Shown here in pieces: positions 48,442-59,163 of a stretch of DNA of 64,000 nt (position 1 is the first letter of the stretch; each line of letters opens with the position of its first letter). The notes beneath the pieces are model-generated. The model searched no databases, was not told the DNA's origin, and saw only the letters and a program-made list of their open reading frames with translations. Both the position numbers and the translations under genes were made by a program. Source of the stretch: an uncultured Actinomycetota bacterium (GTDB taxonomy: Bacteria; Actinomycetota; Actinomycetes; Streptosporangiales; Streptosporangiaceae); assembly GCA_963842265.1 (NCBI GenBank), contig CAWJGE010000010.1, positions 114,673 to 178,672 on the forward strand, given 5' to 3'.

Positions 48442-49886
48442 CCATCTGGGCACGGCGCGAGTACACTGACGTCGCGGAGCTGCGCGGGCCGCTGCTTGTC
48501 GTGCGCGGCGTGACCGATGTGGGCTGGGACGAGTTCGCCACGATTCGGACGGCATCGGGCGCGTTGCGGCACGGGCTGGTGCTGGAGGCCGACCGGGATC
48601 TCGCCGTTGTACAGGTGTTCGAGGGCACTGAGGGCCTGGCGCCGGCTACCGCCCGGGTCGCGTTCAGCGGGAGCCCGCTGCGGATTCCGGTCGGTGCGGG
48701 GTGGCTCGGCCGGGTGTGCAGCGGGCGAGGCGAGCCGGTGGACGGCGGGCCGCCGGTCATGGGCGAGGTCACCATGCCGGTGACCGGGACGCCGCTGAAC
48801 CCGGTGCTCCGCGAGCCGCCGGCCGAGCCGGTGCTGACCGGGATCTCGGTCATCGACGCCCTGACGACCCTGGTGCGCGGCCAGAAGCTGCCGCTGTTCT
48901 CGGTGGCGGGCCTGCCCCACCTTGAGCTGGCGGCACAGCTGGCCGCGCAGGCGTCGGCGGGCGGGGAGCCGTTCAGCGTGGTGTTCGCGGCCATGGGACT
49001 CACCCACGCCGATGCCGCCGCGGTCCGCGCCATCCTGGAGGAACGATCGATGGCGGGGGACCTCGCGCTGCTGCTCAACCTCGCCGACGCTCCGGTGATC
49101 GAGCGGATCCTGACGCCGCGGATCGCGCTCACCGTGGCCGAGCACCTGGCCTTCACGCGCGGCCGGCACGTGCTCGTGGTCATGGCGGACATGACGAACT
49201 ACTGCGAGGCTCTCCGCGAGGTATCCGCCGCGCGCGGCGAGATCCCGGCCCGCCGGGCGTACCCAGGTTACCTCTACAGCGACCTGGCGTCCCTGTACGA
49301 ACGATGCGGGCGGATCCGCGGCGTGCCGGGCTCGGTGACGCTGGTCCCGGTCCTGACCATGCCAGCCGGGGACATCACCCACCCGGTCCCGGATCTCACT
49401 GGGTACATCACCGAGGGCCAGATCGTGCTGTCCGCGGATCTGCACGCACGCGGCATCTACCCGCCGGTCGACGCCCTGGCGTCGCTGTCCAGGCTGATGC
49501 GCCATGGTGCGGGCCCGGGCCGGACCAGGGATGACCACCTTGACGTGGCCGCGCAGTCCCTGGCCGCGCTCGCCGCCGCCCGGCGCGCCCGGGAGCTGGC
49601 GGAGCTGGTCGGGCCGGCCGCCCTCAGTGCGTCGGACCGGCGGTACCAGGATTTCGAGACGGCCTTCGAACGCGGCCTCATGCACCAGGGCCGCGACGAG
49701 AACCGCAGCCTGGAGGAGACCCTGAGCCGCGCCTGGCGGGCGCTGGCCGCGCTGCAGCGCCGCGAGCTGACGATGCTGCCCGCCGCGGCGCTGGACGCCT
49801 ACTACCCGGGCACCGCCGACCGTGCGACCGGCGGGCCCGCGGCCGCGCCGCTGCGGACCGGGCCGACGGGGACGGTGGCGCCGTGA
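48438..49886 (+). CDS. atpB: A/V-type ATPase subunit B
   Basis: EYTDVAELRGPLLVVRGV...RGQKLPLFS...AYPGYLYSDLASLYERCGR. Confidence 0.9.
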   Translation: MTIWARREYTDVAELRGPLLVVRGVTDVGWDEFATIRTASGALRHGLVLEADRDLAVVQVFEGTEGLAPATARVAFSGSPLRIPVGAGWLGRVCSGRGEPVDGGPPVMGEVTMPVTGTPLNPVLREPPAEPVLTGISVIDALTTLVRGQKLPLFSVAGLPHLELAAQLAAQASAGGEPFSVVFAAMGLTHADAAAVRAILEERSMAGDLALLLNLADAPVIERILTPRIALTVAEHLAFTRGRHVLVVMADMTNYCEALREVSAARGEIPARRAYPGYLYSDLASLYERCGRIRGVPGSVTLVPVLTMPAGDITHPVPDLTGYITEGQIVLSADLHARGIYPPVDALASLSRLMRHGAGPGRTRDDHLDVAAQSLAALAAARRARELAELVGPAALSASDRRYQDFETAFERGLMHQGRDENRSLEETLSRAWRALAALQRRELTMLPAAALDAYYPGTADRATGGPAAAPLRTGPTGTVAP

Positions 49887-50503
49887 GCCCGCGACGGCTC
49901 GCCGTGCCGCCGGGCCGGGCCGGCCTCTGGCTGACCAGGCGCCTGGCGGTCGCCAGACGCGGCGCCGACCTGCTCGACCGCAAGCTCCAGGTCCTTCAGC
50001 GCGAACTCGACCGGCAGCGCGGCTCGGCGGCACGTGCCGCCGCGGAGTGGGAGCGCCGCCAGGCCGACGCCGACGGCTGGTTGCTGCGGGCGGCGCTGCT
50101 CGGCGGCGAGCGGGCGATCAGGCTGGCCGCCGCCGGTACGTTCGCGGAGGTGACGATCTCCTATGCCGCCACCATGGGGGTGCGGTATCCGGCCGAGGCG
50201 ACCTGCGCCACCCCGCCGCCCGTCGGCAGGGATGGTCCCGCCCTCGCCGCGGCGCGTGAGGCGCACCGCGTCGCGCTCGCCGCAGCCATGCGGCATGCCG
50301 CGGCGGCCGAGGCGCTCCGGGTCCTCGAGGCCGAGACGGTCGTCACCAGGTACCGGCTCCGCGCGGTCAGGGACCGGTGGATTCCCCGCCTCGAGCAGGC
50401 GCTCGCCGAGGTGACGTTCGCCATAGAGGAGCTGGAACGGGCCGACGCGGCGCGGCTCCGCCTGGCCGAGACCGCCCGGCGTCGGCCGTCCGCGGCCGGA
50501 TGA
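49883..50503 (+). CDS. atpD: A/V-type ATPase central-stalk subunit D
   Basis: LARRGADLLDRKLQVLQRELDR... 206 aa, last gene of the operon. Confidence 0.8.
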   Translation: MSPRRLAVPPGRAGLWLTRRLAVARRGADLLDRKLQVLQRELDRQRGSAARAAAEWERRQADADGWLLRAALLGGERAIRLAAAGTFAEVTISYAATMGVRYPAEATCATPPPVGRDGPALAAAREAHRVALAAAMRHAAAAEALRVLEAETVVTRYRLRAVRDRWIPRLEQALAEVTFAIEELERADAARLRLAETARRRPSAAG

Positions 50504-50508
50504 CCATT

Positions 50509-50790
50509 TCACTCTGCGGCCTCGTGGCCGATGACCCGGTGAGCCAGCACGATGTCGCCGGACCAGCCGCAAGCCCCGCAGAAGCAGACGAAGACGCGGT
50601 CGCGGCCCGTCCAGTACTCAGTGGTCAGCCCGTGGCCGCCATCAGCCAGCGACAACGCCGCCGCGCACGCCGGGCAGTACCGGGGCGCGTCCCGCCGATG
50701 CCGTTCGGCATCAACCGGAAACCACCCCCGCCCGACGTCACCACCAACAGGAACCCAGCGCCAGCCGACCGCGGCCTTCCGGTTTTCGTT
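50509..50790 (-). repeat. Left copy of long direct repeat (degenerate copy of small Cys-rich ORF plus last codons of the Rieske oxygenase gene)
   Basis: My manual alignment to 62071-62387 gives 11 mismatches in the first ~248 nt, then a ~35-nt indel, then shared CCGCGGCCTTCCGGTTTTCGTT. Confidence 0.9.
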
Positions 50791-51126
50791 TATGCCAGGT
50801 GTGCTCTCGGTGATGGTGGCCCGGGTAATGACCTGCTGCTTGTCGGCGCGGAACGCACTCGATGTTGAGCGCGGCGTAGAGGATCTCGCAGAACTAGCTG
50901 GGGCTTGGAGCAGAAGGCGGGGGTATAGGGCGACTCGCTGGCGAGGGCGGGTCGTTGCCGCTGGCGGCCTGAGCGGTGATGGCACCGAGCTTGAGTTTGG
51001 TGATTCCCAGGGTTCCAGGGCGCCCGGTCCTGAGTTCGTCGTTCATCTACCTGATTGGCAAGTGCGGGTACGGGAGCGCGGCGCGATGGTCTCCGGGAGG
51101 AGCTTCAGCCGGTGCGGGCAATAGAC

Positions 51127-52767
51127 TCAAGACGTCTCGCCTGGTGCAGACTGAAGGCGGGCGGCTTGCTTGTCGAGGTTGCGGACCTGCGCCGACTCCG
51201 GCCCGTAGGCGGCGGCGAGCAGTGGCCGGACGGCTCGCAATTCCGCGATCGCTGACTCGGTCTCACCCGTGCTCGCCAGCAACTGGGCGATGACGAACCG
51301 GGATTCCATAACCTTGGCCGCCTCGTCCGCGTCCCGTGCCGCTAGCGGGACGGCGTTCATCACGTAGTAGCGAAGCTGAGGGAGTGCCTTGTCTGGCTTT
51401 CCGGCCTGCGCGTAGGCGTGCCCCGCCTGGTAGGCGCAGTCAAGTGCCCATGGATCAGCGGCTCCCAGGTGCTGCCGGTAGGCCGCTCCGGCCTGCTCGA
51501 AAAGCTGCGCGGCGCGACTGTACTGGCCGCCAATCAGCAGCGCGGCGGCCAGCGTGCGTCGCATCTGCAGTTCGAGGACGGAACCGGGGACGGCGCGGTC
51601 CAGTCCCGCTTCGAGCAGGTTAATCGCATCGGACGGGTGCTCGCCCTCAAGGAGTACCTGGACGTCAGCGCGCATCCGCGCGGCCGCCTCCTCGGTGAGC
51701 GGGCAGGTGGTCCCTGTACCGGGCCCGTCGTCGGCGGCCTTGCCGTCGGCAGGCACATGGAAAGGGTTACGGCCGGTCAGGCCGAGCAGTGGCTGCCGGA
51801 ACGGCCTTACCGGGTCCCGCCTTTCGTCACCTCCCGGCAACAGGCCATCCGCAACCGCGACGGTCCCAGCAGCGACCGGAAGCAGCGCCTGGTACACCGC
51901 CTCGGCGGCAGGCCGCGCGGCCGGGTCCTTGGCCAGCATCGCCGCCACCAGCGCGTCAAGCGCGGGCGGCGCCGAGGGCCGCGCCGCCGCGACGGAAGGC
52001 ACCGCGGATTCCCGGTGCGCGACCCGCAGCGGCAACCGCGACGACCCATGGAATGGCACGTCGCCGGTGAGCAGCTCAAACATCAGGCAGCCGAGCGAGT
52101 ACACATCCGATGCGGCAGTGACCAGCTGTCCGGCCCACTGTTCCGGCGACATGTAGGCGGGCGTGCCGACGGTACGGTCGACCTGGGTAAGCCTGGGCAG
52201 CGCCCCGGCGCCGCGCAGGATCGCGATGCCGAAGTCGAGCACCTTGACCAGGCCGCCGTCGGTCACCATGATGTTGGCCGCCTTGATGTCGCGGTGCACG
52301 ATGTCCACCCGGTGCACGTCGGCAAGAACCGCCGCGATCTGCGCGGCGATCGCCACCGCCCACGCGACGCTCGGCGTATCCGGACCCGAGAAAGACGCGC
52401 CGTCAAGCAGTGTCTCCAGCGTCGATCCGCGCAGTAGCTGCATGACGAGCCAGAGCTGCCGCGCCCCATCCGGCAGATCGTCCACGCCGGTGTCGTAGAC
52501 GGCGGGCACGCCAGCCAGCTCCAACCGCGCCGTTATCCGGATCTCGCGCAGGAACCGCTTCTGGTCCCGATCGAGCGCGTCGAGGATCTCCACCGCCTCC
52601 GGCGAGTCCGGCGACCCAGGCACATAGGGAGGCGGCCGGAGCAGCTTGACCGCGACCGGCCGGTCAAGCCGCTCGTCGTAGCCGAAGTGAACCTCGCTCA
52701 TGCCGCCGCGGCCGAGCAGCCCGTCGATCCGGTACCGCCCGGCGAGTCGGCGTTTCCCGTCTGTCAT
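51127..52767 (-). CDS. Hanks-type Ser/Thr protein kinase with C-terminal TPR-like domain, no TM segment
   Basis: GRGGMSEVH, VAVKLL, HRDIKAANIMV, DFGIA, GTPAYMSPEQ. C-terminal helical repeats (AYAQAGKPDKALPQLRYYV...). The start lies 14 nt after the hsdR stop. Confidence 0.9.
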   Translation of the reverse strand: MTDGKRRLAGRYRIDGLLGRGGMSEVHFGYDERLDRPVAVKLLRPPPYVPGSPDSPEAVEILDALDRDQKRFLREIRITARLELAGVPAVYDTGVDDLPDGARQLWLVMQLLRGSTLETLLDGASFSGPDTPSVAWAVAIAAQIAAVLADVHRVDIVHRDIKAANIMVTDGGLVKVLDFGIAILRGAGALPRLTQVDRTVGTPAYMSPEQWAGQLVTAASDVYSLGCLMFELLTGDVPFHGSSRLPLRVAHRESAVPSVAAARPSAPPALDALVAAMLAKDPAARPAAEAVYQALLPVAAGTVAVADGLLPGGDERRDPVRPFRQPLLGLTGRNPFHVPADGKAADDGPGTGTTCPLTEEAAARMRADVQVLLEGEHPSDAINLLEAGLDRAVPGSVLELQMRRTLAAALLIGGQYSRAAQLFEQAGAAYRQHLGAADPWALDCAYQAGHAYAQAGKPDKALPQLRYYVMNAVPLAARDADEAAKVMESRFVIAQLLASTGETESAIAELRAVRPLLAAAYGPESAQVRNLDKQAARLQSAPGETS

Positions 52768-52781
52768 CCGCCACCACCGCT

Positions 52782-55700
52782 CTACAGGCCATAACGTAAC
52801 GCGCCGGACCCGCCGGTCTCCCGTTCCATCTCGGCGCGTAGCCGCGCCAGTGCCTCCTCGCGCAACGGATCGGTGATGATCCGGTAAGCGCGACGCCGGG
52901 ACGCTTCCTTGACCGCCTTACGGAACTCGTCGTTGTCGAAGTACAGCTTCATGAACTCGGTGTTCCGTTCGGCGTTCTCTGCCACGATGTCGTCCAGCCG
53001 GTCGTCGGCCACCTGGCCGAACCGCGCCTCGTCGTTCATCAGTCCGACCTGCTGCATCTCGGTGTCCGACACCAGCCCGACCACCTGCTGGTACACGAGG
53101 ATCTCGTCCCCGGTGCTGAGGTCGAGCCCGAACCGCTCGTTCAGCTCCCTGATCACCTCCGCTAGGTGCTTGACCTCAGGCTCACGGAAGCCGCTCCCGT
53201 CGGCCGAGTGCCCGCGCACCACGCCATCCTCACCCGAGGAAGACAGCGACACGTTGTGTGCCCCGGTGAGTTCAAGCCGGAAGTGCGACAGGTCAGCATC
53301 ACCGATGTCCACCGACGTGGCGGGCCGCCCCGGCAGCCGCAGCAGCAGCACCCGCCCGTACTGGTACAGCCGCTCAAGCTCCTCGTCGCCCCAGGCGACG
53401 ATCTGCGCGATCAGCGCATATGCCCGCGTGTAGTCCCGCAGCGCCTTACGGAACTCCTCCCGCTGCTCGTCATCCTCCAGGGCAAGGAACCGGTCGATCG
53501 CCGGCCGCAGGTACCCATGCAGCCGCGCGTGCAGCGCCCGTTCGGCCACGTCCGGCAGCCGCCCTGGCCCTCCTTCCATCAGCACCCGGACGAACGCCTC
53601 CATCTCGGGCACGGCGAGTACCGCGTACGCCATTACCTCCCGCTGCTTGTCATACAGCAGGTTCGGGTCCTCAGGCGTCGCGATCGTCGTCTCGAACCAT
53701 GGCTTGAACGCTGCCTGAATGTCGTCGGCCGAGTTCACGAAGTCAAGCACCCGCACGTCATCCTGCGACTTGAGCGGGTGGATCCGGTTCAGCCGGGACA
53801 GCGTCTGCACCGCCGCGACCCCGGTCAGCGGCTTGTCCACGTACATCGCGCACAGCAGCGGCTGGTCGAACCCGGTCTGGTATTTCTCCGCCGCGACAAG
53901 CAGCCGGTACTCCCGCTTGCCGCTCGTCGCGGCGTGTGGGTCGTCGGCCCGCGTGTAGTCGAACATCTTCGGCAGCTGCCCCTCGGGAAACCCGTTGAGC
54001 TGCGCCTCGGTGACCGTGATCCCGGGCGTCGGCTCAAGCGACCCGGAGAACGCCACCAGCGTCCCGTAGCCGAGGGCGTCCGCGTACGTCTGCATCGCCT
54101 GGTACATGGCGAGCGCGTCCGCGCGGCCGCGCGTCACCACCATGGCCTTCGCCCGCCCGCCAAGCCGCCGCGCAACGTTGTCCCGGAAGTCATCGATGAT
54201 GAGCTTCGCCCGCTGGTCGACCGACGTGGGATGGCGCACCGCGAACTTGACCAGTTCCCGCTTCGCTTTCCGCTCGTCCACCTCTGGGTTCGCGGACAGC
54301 GACTCCTGCTGTTCGACGGCGAGGTTGCGCAGCCGCCACTTGAGGTCATAGGTGATGTAGTTGGCCAGGACGTCGAGGATGTACCCCTCCTCGATTGCCT
54401 GCCGCATCGAGTACACGTGGAACGGCACGTTCATGCCGGTCTCACCTGGCTTTTCGGGGTTCGGCCGTGCCGGGTCGAAGAGGCCGAACAGGTTCAGCGT
54501 CCGAGACGTCGGCGTCGCGGTGAACGCGAAGTACGACAGGTTCGGCTGCTTGCGCCGCGTCCGGCCCAGGTACTCGAGCGGCGTCTCGTCCGGCCGCGCC
54601 TCATTGTCCGCCCCGATCGCCTGCCGCAGCCGGGCCGCCGCGTCGCCGCCCTGGGAGGAGTGCGCCTCGTCGACGATGACGGCGTACCGCTTGCCGCCGA
54701 GCTCGGCGCCGGCGATCTTGCTCAGGACGTAGGGGAACTTCTGCAGCGTCGAGATGATGACCTTCGACGTCGAGTCCTCGAGCGCCGCGGCGAGCTGCGC
54801 GGAGTCCTCGTCTATCCGCATCACCACGCCCGGCGTGTGATCGAACTGGTAGATCGTCCGCTGCAGCTGCCGGTCGAGCACGGTCCGGTCGGTGATCACG
54901 ATGACCTTGTGGAACACCTGCTCGTTCGTGTCGGAGAACAGGGTGGACAGCCGGTGCGCGAGCCAGGCGATCGTATTGGACTTCCCCGACCCAGCCGAAT
55001 GCTCGACCAGGTAGTCCTGCCCCGCCCCGTGCTCCCGTGCGTCCGTGACCATCCGCTGCACCGCGTCCCACTGGTGGTAGCGCGGGAAGATCCGCTGCGC
55101 AGCATGCGGATTGTCCTTCGGGCCGGCCGTCTGCACATGCAGGTAGCGCTGCAGGATTTCCAGCCAGTTGTCCCGCTGCCAGATGTTCTCCCACAAATAA
55201 GAAACAGAATAATCATTCCGAACGGGTGCGGGGTTCCCCGCCCCGCCCGAATTCCCCGCCCCGGCGGACCCGACGTTAAACGGCAGGAACTCGGTATCGC
55301 CACCGCTCAACCGGGTCGTGATGAACGCCCGGTCCGGATCGACCGCGAAATGCACCAGCGTCCGCCTGGCGAAGTAGAGTTCATTTGGATCCCGCCGCCG
55401 GTACTGTGTGACCGCATCATCCGCGTCCTGCCCGGTCATCGGGTTCTTCAGCTCGACCGAAGCCACCGGCAGCCCGTTCACGAAGAACGCCAGGTCCACG
55501 GAATCGTTACGGTCCCGCGCCGAGAAATGCAGCTGCCGTTCCACCGACAGCACGTTCGCGTCGTACTCCTTGAGAGCATCGGCAGCCAGCGTATGCCCCG
55601 GCCGGAAATAGCACAGGTCCACCAGCACCCCGCGGTCCTTCACCCCATGCCGCAGCACATCCAGGACCCCCCGCGTGTCGACCTCGTTAGCGACCCGGAT

Positions 55701-55919
55701 CGCGAACGCCCGCATCGCGGTCGCCTGATCCCCGCCATGCAGCTCGATCAGCTTCTCGAACTTATTTATCTGCGTCTTCCCGACGAATTCCCACAACTCT
55801 GCAGTGGCAAGCCCAAGTTCCGTATCATAGGCTCGCGGTCCTCGTATCCACCCCCGCCGCAGCAACTCATACTCAACCCGCTCCTCAAACGCGAACTCGG
55901 TATGCACCCCCGTACTCAT
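52782..55919 (-). CDS. hsdR: Type I restriction enzyme R subunit (HsdR)
   Basis: N-terminal nuclease motif DLAFFVNGLPVASVELKNP. Helicase motifs HSAGSGKSNT and VDEAHSSQ. 1045 aa. Confidence 0.9.
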   Translation of the reverse strand: MSTGVHTEFAFEERVEYELLRRGWIRGPRAYDTELGLATAELWEFVGKTQINKFEKLIELHGGDQATAMRAFAIRVANEVDTRGVLDVLRHGVKDRGVLVDLCYFRPGHTLAADALKEYDANVLSVERQLHFSARDRNDSVDLAFFVNGLPVASVELKNPMTGQDADDAVTQYRRRDPNELYFARRTLVHFAVDPDRAFITTRLSGGDTEFLPFNVGSAGAGNSGGAGNPAPVRNDYSVSYLWENIWQRDNWLEILQRYLHVQTAGPKDNPHAAQRIFPRYHQWDAVQRMVTDAREHGAGQDYLVEHSAGSGKSNTIAWLAHRLSTLFSDTNEQVFHKVIVITDRTVLDRQLQRTIYQFDHTPGVVMRIDEDSAQLAAALEDSTSKVIISTLQKFPYVLSKIAGAELGGKRYAVIVDEAHSSQGGDAAARLRQAIGADNEARPDETPLEYLGRTRRKQPNLSYFAFTATPTSRTLNLFGLFDPARPNPEKPGETGMNVPFHVYSMRQAIEEGYILDVLANYITYDLKWRLRNLAVEQQESLSANPEVDERKAKRELVKFAVRHPTSVDQRAKLIIDDFRDNVARRLGGRAKAMVVTRGRADALAMYQAMQTYADALGYGTLVAFSGSLEPTPGITVTEAQLNGFPEGQLPKMFDYTRADDPHAATSGKREYRLLVAAEKYQTGFDQPLLCAMYVDKPLTGVAAVQTLSRLNRIHPLKSQDDVRVLDFVNSADDIQAAFKPWFETTIATPEDPNLLYDKQREVMAYAVLAVPEMEAFVRVLMEGGPGRLPDVAERALHARLHGYLRPAIDRFLALEDDEQREEFRKALRDYTRAYALIAQIVAWGDEELERLYQYGRVLLLRLPGRPATSVDIGDADLSHFRLELTGAHNVSLSSSGEDGVVRGHSADGSGFREPEVKHLAEVIRELNERFGLDLSTGDEILVYQQVVGLVSDTEMQQVGLMNDEARFGQVADDRLDDIVAENAERNTEFMKLYFDNDEFRKAVKEASRRRAYRIITDPLREEALARLRAEMERETGGSGALRYGL

Positions 55920-57168
55920 ACCGTGACCCCTCCCGTAACCGCCGCCGTGATGAGAGCCTGCCGCCGCTCAGTTGCAAGCAGCGAGAATCGTGCATCGATG
56001 TATCACGAAATTCCGTGAACTCTATTAGGCGATGCGTCGAGAGCTTGTCGTGCCTTGACCTGTTGATCTAGCGGCGGAACGGGAATCCTGAATAGATTTC
56101 AAAACGCTCGTTATTCAAGATCCTTATTCGACTGTACGTGCGGCCCGACGCCCGGATTTCTCTCGTATGCTGACGAAAAGCCGCCATAGGACGAACCTGC
56201 GGAATATCCGCGTGAATCGGACAGATACATGACTTGCTGTACAGCTGACGTGTCGTTCCGCGGTCGCCTCGTGGTCGAGCGTCGGCTACTTTTCCAAGCG
56301 ATTCGCCAATGCCCACAATCAAGATGCTTTCGGCGGGGAATCGCGGAACGCTGCGTCAAAGTCGATCCCTACTCACACTACTTATCGGCGCTGTTCAGGT
56401 CAAGACTTCCCCCAAGAGCCGCCGCGATGTACCACGGCATGTTGCCGGAGTCAGCTGGGCGCGAAGTATCGGTCTGTGGGAGTCGTAGCCGTGTCTGTAC
56501 AGAATTTATGATGCGGCGGAGGGTGCAATGGCTTCCACTCAGGCGTTTGCGATGTCGCCCAGCCTCGCTAGCGCGTCGAAGTCGCCTCAGCAACACCGTC
56601 GGTTGAACGCATGCCTGAAGATTATCTGCAGGCGGATCAAGCTTGCATCGATCCGGGCCGTCTCGGCGTCGAGGAAGTCGGCGATCCGTCGCTGCTCGTC
56701 AAGTGACGGAAGCGGCACTTCTATCGAGCGAAATGCGTCCCAGGAGATGTCGAACTGGTTAGGCGGCATGTACTTGCCAAGACGTTCGTACTCTCGTACC
56801 AGGTGCTTAGATCGCAGCAGGTGATGAACAAACGCGGGGTACGCACGGCTCCGATCGATTTCCATTACCCAGTACGCCGGGCTTGTGATTCCGCGAACCG
56901 AGGAGACGCCTACTGACCCATGCGGCTTGCCGAGGCGGTTCATGATCACATCGCCCTCACGGGCGATCTTGTATCCGGAGAGGTCTTCGCTTGCAGCCGG
57001 ACGTCCGTCATTGTCGTCACGCTGGCGGACGCCTTCGTGTAGCCCCACGCCTAGCAGAGGGAGGTCGATCTCCCCGAAGTGCTCAGTTCGATGCAGGAAT
57101 GCGCGGAGTGCTGTCTGCGTCCAGTGCGCCTTGTTGCCGTGGAACGCCACTGAGCCCTGGAGTGTCAC
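55916..57168 (-). pseudogene. hsdS: Type I specificity subunit (hsdS): first TRD and central conserved region intact, second half decayed
   Basis: GTG at 57166-57168. TRD1 ends ...IEVPLPSLDEQRRIADFLDAETARIDASLIRLQ. Beyond 56587, recognisable pieces (ALARLGDIANA, GNMPWYIAAAL, ILIVGIGESLGKVA, FRIPVPPLDQQ, ERRQALITAAVTGGVTV*) lie in three different frames with in-frame stops. The final TGA overlaps the hsdR ATG. Confidence 0.7.
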
Positions 57169-59163
57169 CCTGTCACCTCGCCAAGCAGCTTCTGGATCTG
57201 GCTTTCCAGGTTCGCGCAGTTCCGCGTCGATCTCGGCCATTGGCCGCGGCGGCGTGTAAACGTAGAAGTGACGCGTGAACGGGATCTCGTAGCCGATCTT
57301 GGTTTTGTCGTGGTCGATCCAGGCGTCAGGGACATGGGGGAGTACCTCGCGGCCGAAGTAGGCCTTCACGTCCTCGTCTAGAGGCACGTTCTCATAGTCG
57401 CGCAGGTCTGGATCCGGCAGGGGAGCACCCTTGGCCGTCTGCACCTCGCCGTCGAGGTCGGACACCGACACCGCCGCCCAGATGCCCTTCAGAACTGGGG
57501 GCGAGCTGGGCCATAGCGCTCCGCCCGCCTTAGCCGCCGCGAGCAGCCCAGCCTCGGCCTCCCGCTTCGTCCACCACACCGAGCCGAGGGCATTCCGGAA
57601 CGCCGTTATGAGCGCGTCCCGCCCATCCCATTTCGCTAGGGCCTTCGACGCTTTCAGGGCGGCGAGGGTGTCGTCGGTCAACTCGAACCGCTGCTTCAGT
57701 GGCCGCTCCACGGTGATCCGCTGGTAGCCGAAGTCCCGCGTCGAGAACACCTTCACTCGCCCGTGGTCCGGATGCTCCGGATCGGCGGCAACGGTCAGGG
57801 CTTCCCCGTACACCGTCGTGATGTGCTCGATCTGGTCGTCGCCGATCTGCTTGCGCTTGTCACCGAGGGACTTGCGCATCTTCTCCCATTGGTCGCGGGC
57901 GTCGAGCAGGACGACCTTGCCCGCCAGGGCCGGGTCCTTCCGGTTGGTGAGGATCCAGAAGTAGGTGGAGATCCCGGTGTTGTAGAAGAGCTGGTCCGGC
58001 AGCGCGACGATCCCTTCGAGCCAGTTGTTCTCCAGGATCCACTTACGGATGTTCGACTCGCCGGAGTCCGCCGCGCCGGTGAACAACGGCGACCCGTTGA
58101 AGACGATCGCGAGTCGGCACCCCTTGCCCTGGACCGGCTCCATCTTGGAGATCATGTGCTGCAGGAACAGGAACGACCCGTCGTTGATCCGTGGCAGCCC
58201 GGCCCCGAACCGCCCCGCGTAGCCGAGGGCGGCCTTCTCGTCTTCGACGTCCTGCTTGACGGTCTTCCACTCGACGCCGAACGGCGGGTTGGCCAGCATG
58301 TAGTCGAACTTCTTCTTCTGGTACCCGTCGTCGCTGAACGAGTTCCCGTAGAAGATCGAGCCGGGCTGGTCGCGCAGCAGCATCTCCGAGCCGCAGGTCG
58401 CCCACGACTGGGGGTTCAGTTCTTGCCCCCAGAGATAGACCCTTGCGTTTGGATTGAATGACTTGATCTTGTCTTCCGCAGCGGTCAGCATGCCTCCGGT
58501 GCCGCAAGCTGGGTCGAGGATGTTGATGACTTGGCCTTCGCCGCTGATCGTGTCCCGGTCCGGGGCGATCAGCAGGTTCACCATCAGGTGGATGACCTCG
58601 CGCGGCGTGAAGTGCTCACCGGCGGTGGCGTTCGCGTCCTCGTAGAACTTGCGGATCAGATGTTCGAAAACATAGCCCATGTCGTGCGTGGACAGCTTCT
58701 CTAGGTCCTTCATCCCGGCGAACTGACCGATAACGTCGTAGAGGATCTTCGACTCGGCCATCCGGGTGATCTGGTTGTCCAAGTCGAACCGCTCGATGAT
58801 CTTCCGCACGTTCTCCGAGAAGTCGGCGATGTAGTCCCGCAGGTTCTTCGCCACCTGCGGCGCGTCGGCTGCGATCGTCGAGAAGTCCTGCCTGGACGTG
58901 TTGTAGAAGGGCAGCTTCGCCGCGAGCTGCAGGGGGCGGTCCTTGTTCTTGATGCCCTGGCTGGTCAGCGCCGCGTCCCGGTCCCGGACCGCTTGCCGGG
59001 TCTTCGCCATCACCGCGTCGAGCCGCCGCAGGACGGTCAGCGGCAGGATCACCTCGCCGTACTCATGCCGCATGTAGTGACCACGAAGCTTGTCCGCCAC
59101 CGACCAGATGTCGGCCGCCATCCGCTGATGCGACGGACCCGAGGTTGTTGGTCCCGTTGTCAC
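57165..59163 (-). CDS. hsdM: Type I methyltransferase subunit (HsdM) with a 1-nt frameshift about 15 codons before its natural stop
   Basis: FTPREVIHLMVNLL, ILDPACGTGGML, LANPPFG. The track ORF 56587-59163 reads through into hsdS. In the alternative frame the tail is ...LESQIQKLLGEVTG* with a GTGA overlap onto hsdS. Confidence 0.85.

Noticed and set aside
50509-50985. The 158-aa ORF as an intact gene.
   Set aside because: Only the C-terminal ~85 residues correspond to the repeated zinc-ribbon ORF. The N-terminal part is read-through created by the indel that removed the native start junction.
50791-51126. An integrase, recombinase or transposase remnant at the left inner edge of the island (for example the short minus-strand ORF MNDELRTGRPGTLGITKLKLG...).
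   Set aside because: I could not match any catalytic motif or recognisable family by eye. It is left unannotated pending a real search.
56587-59163. A natural HsdM-HsdS fusion protein of 858 aa.
   Set aside because: The alternative frame gives the canonical HsdM C-terminus (LESQIQKLLGEVTG*) with a GTGA overlap onto an hsdS start. The fusion is therefore produced by a 1-nt indel at about 57209-57210.
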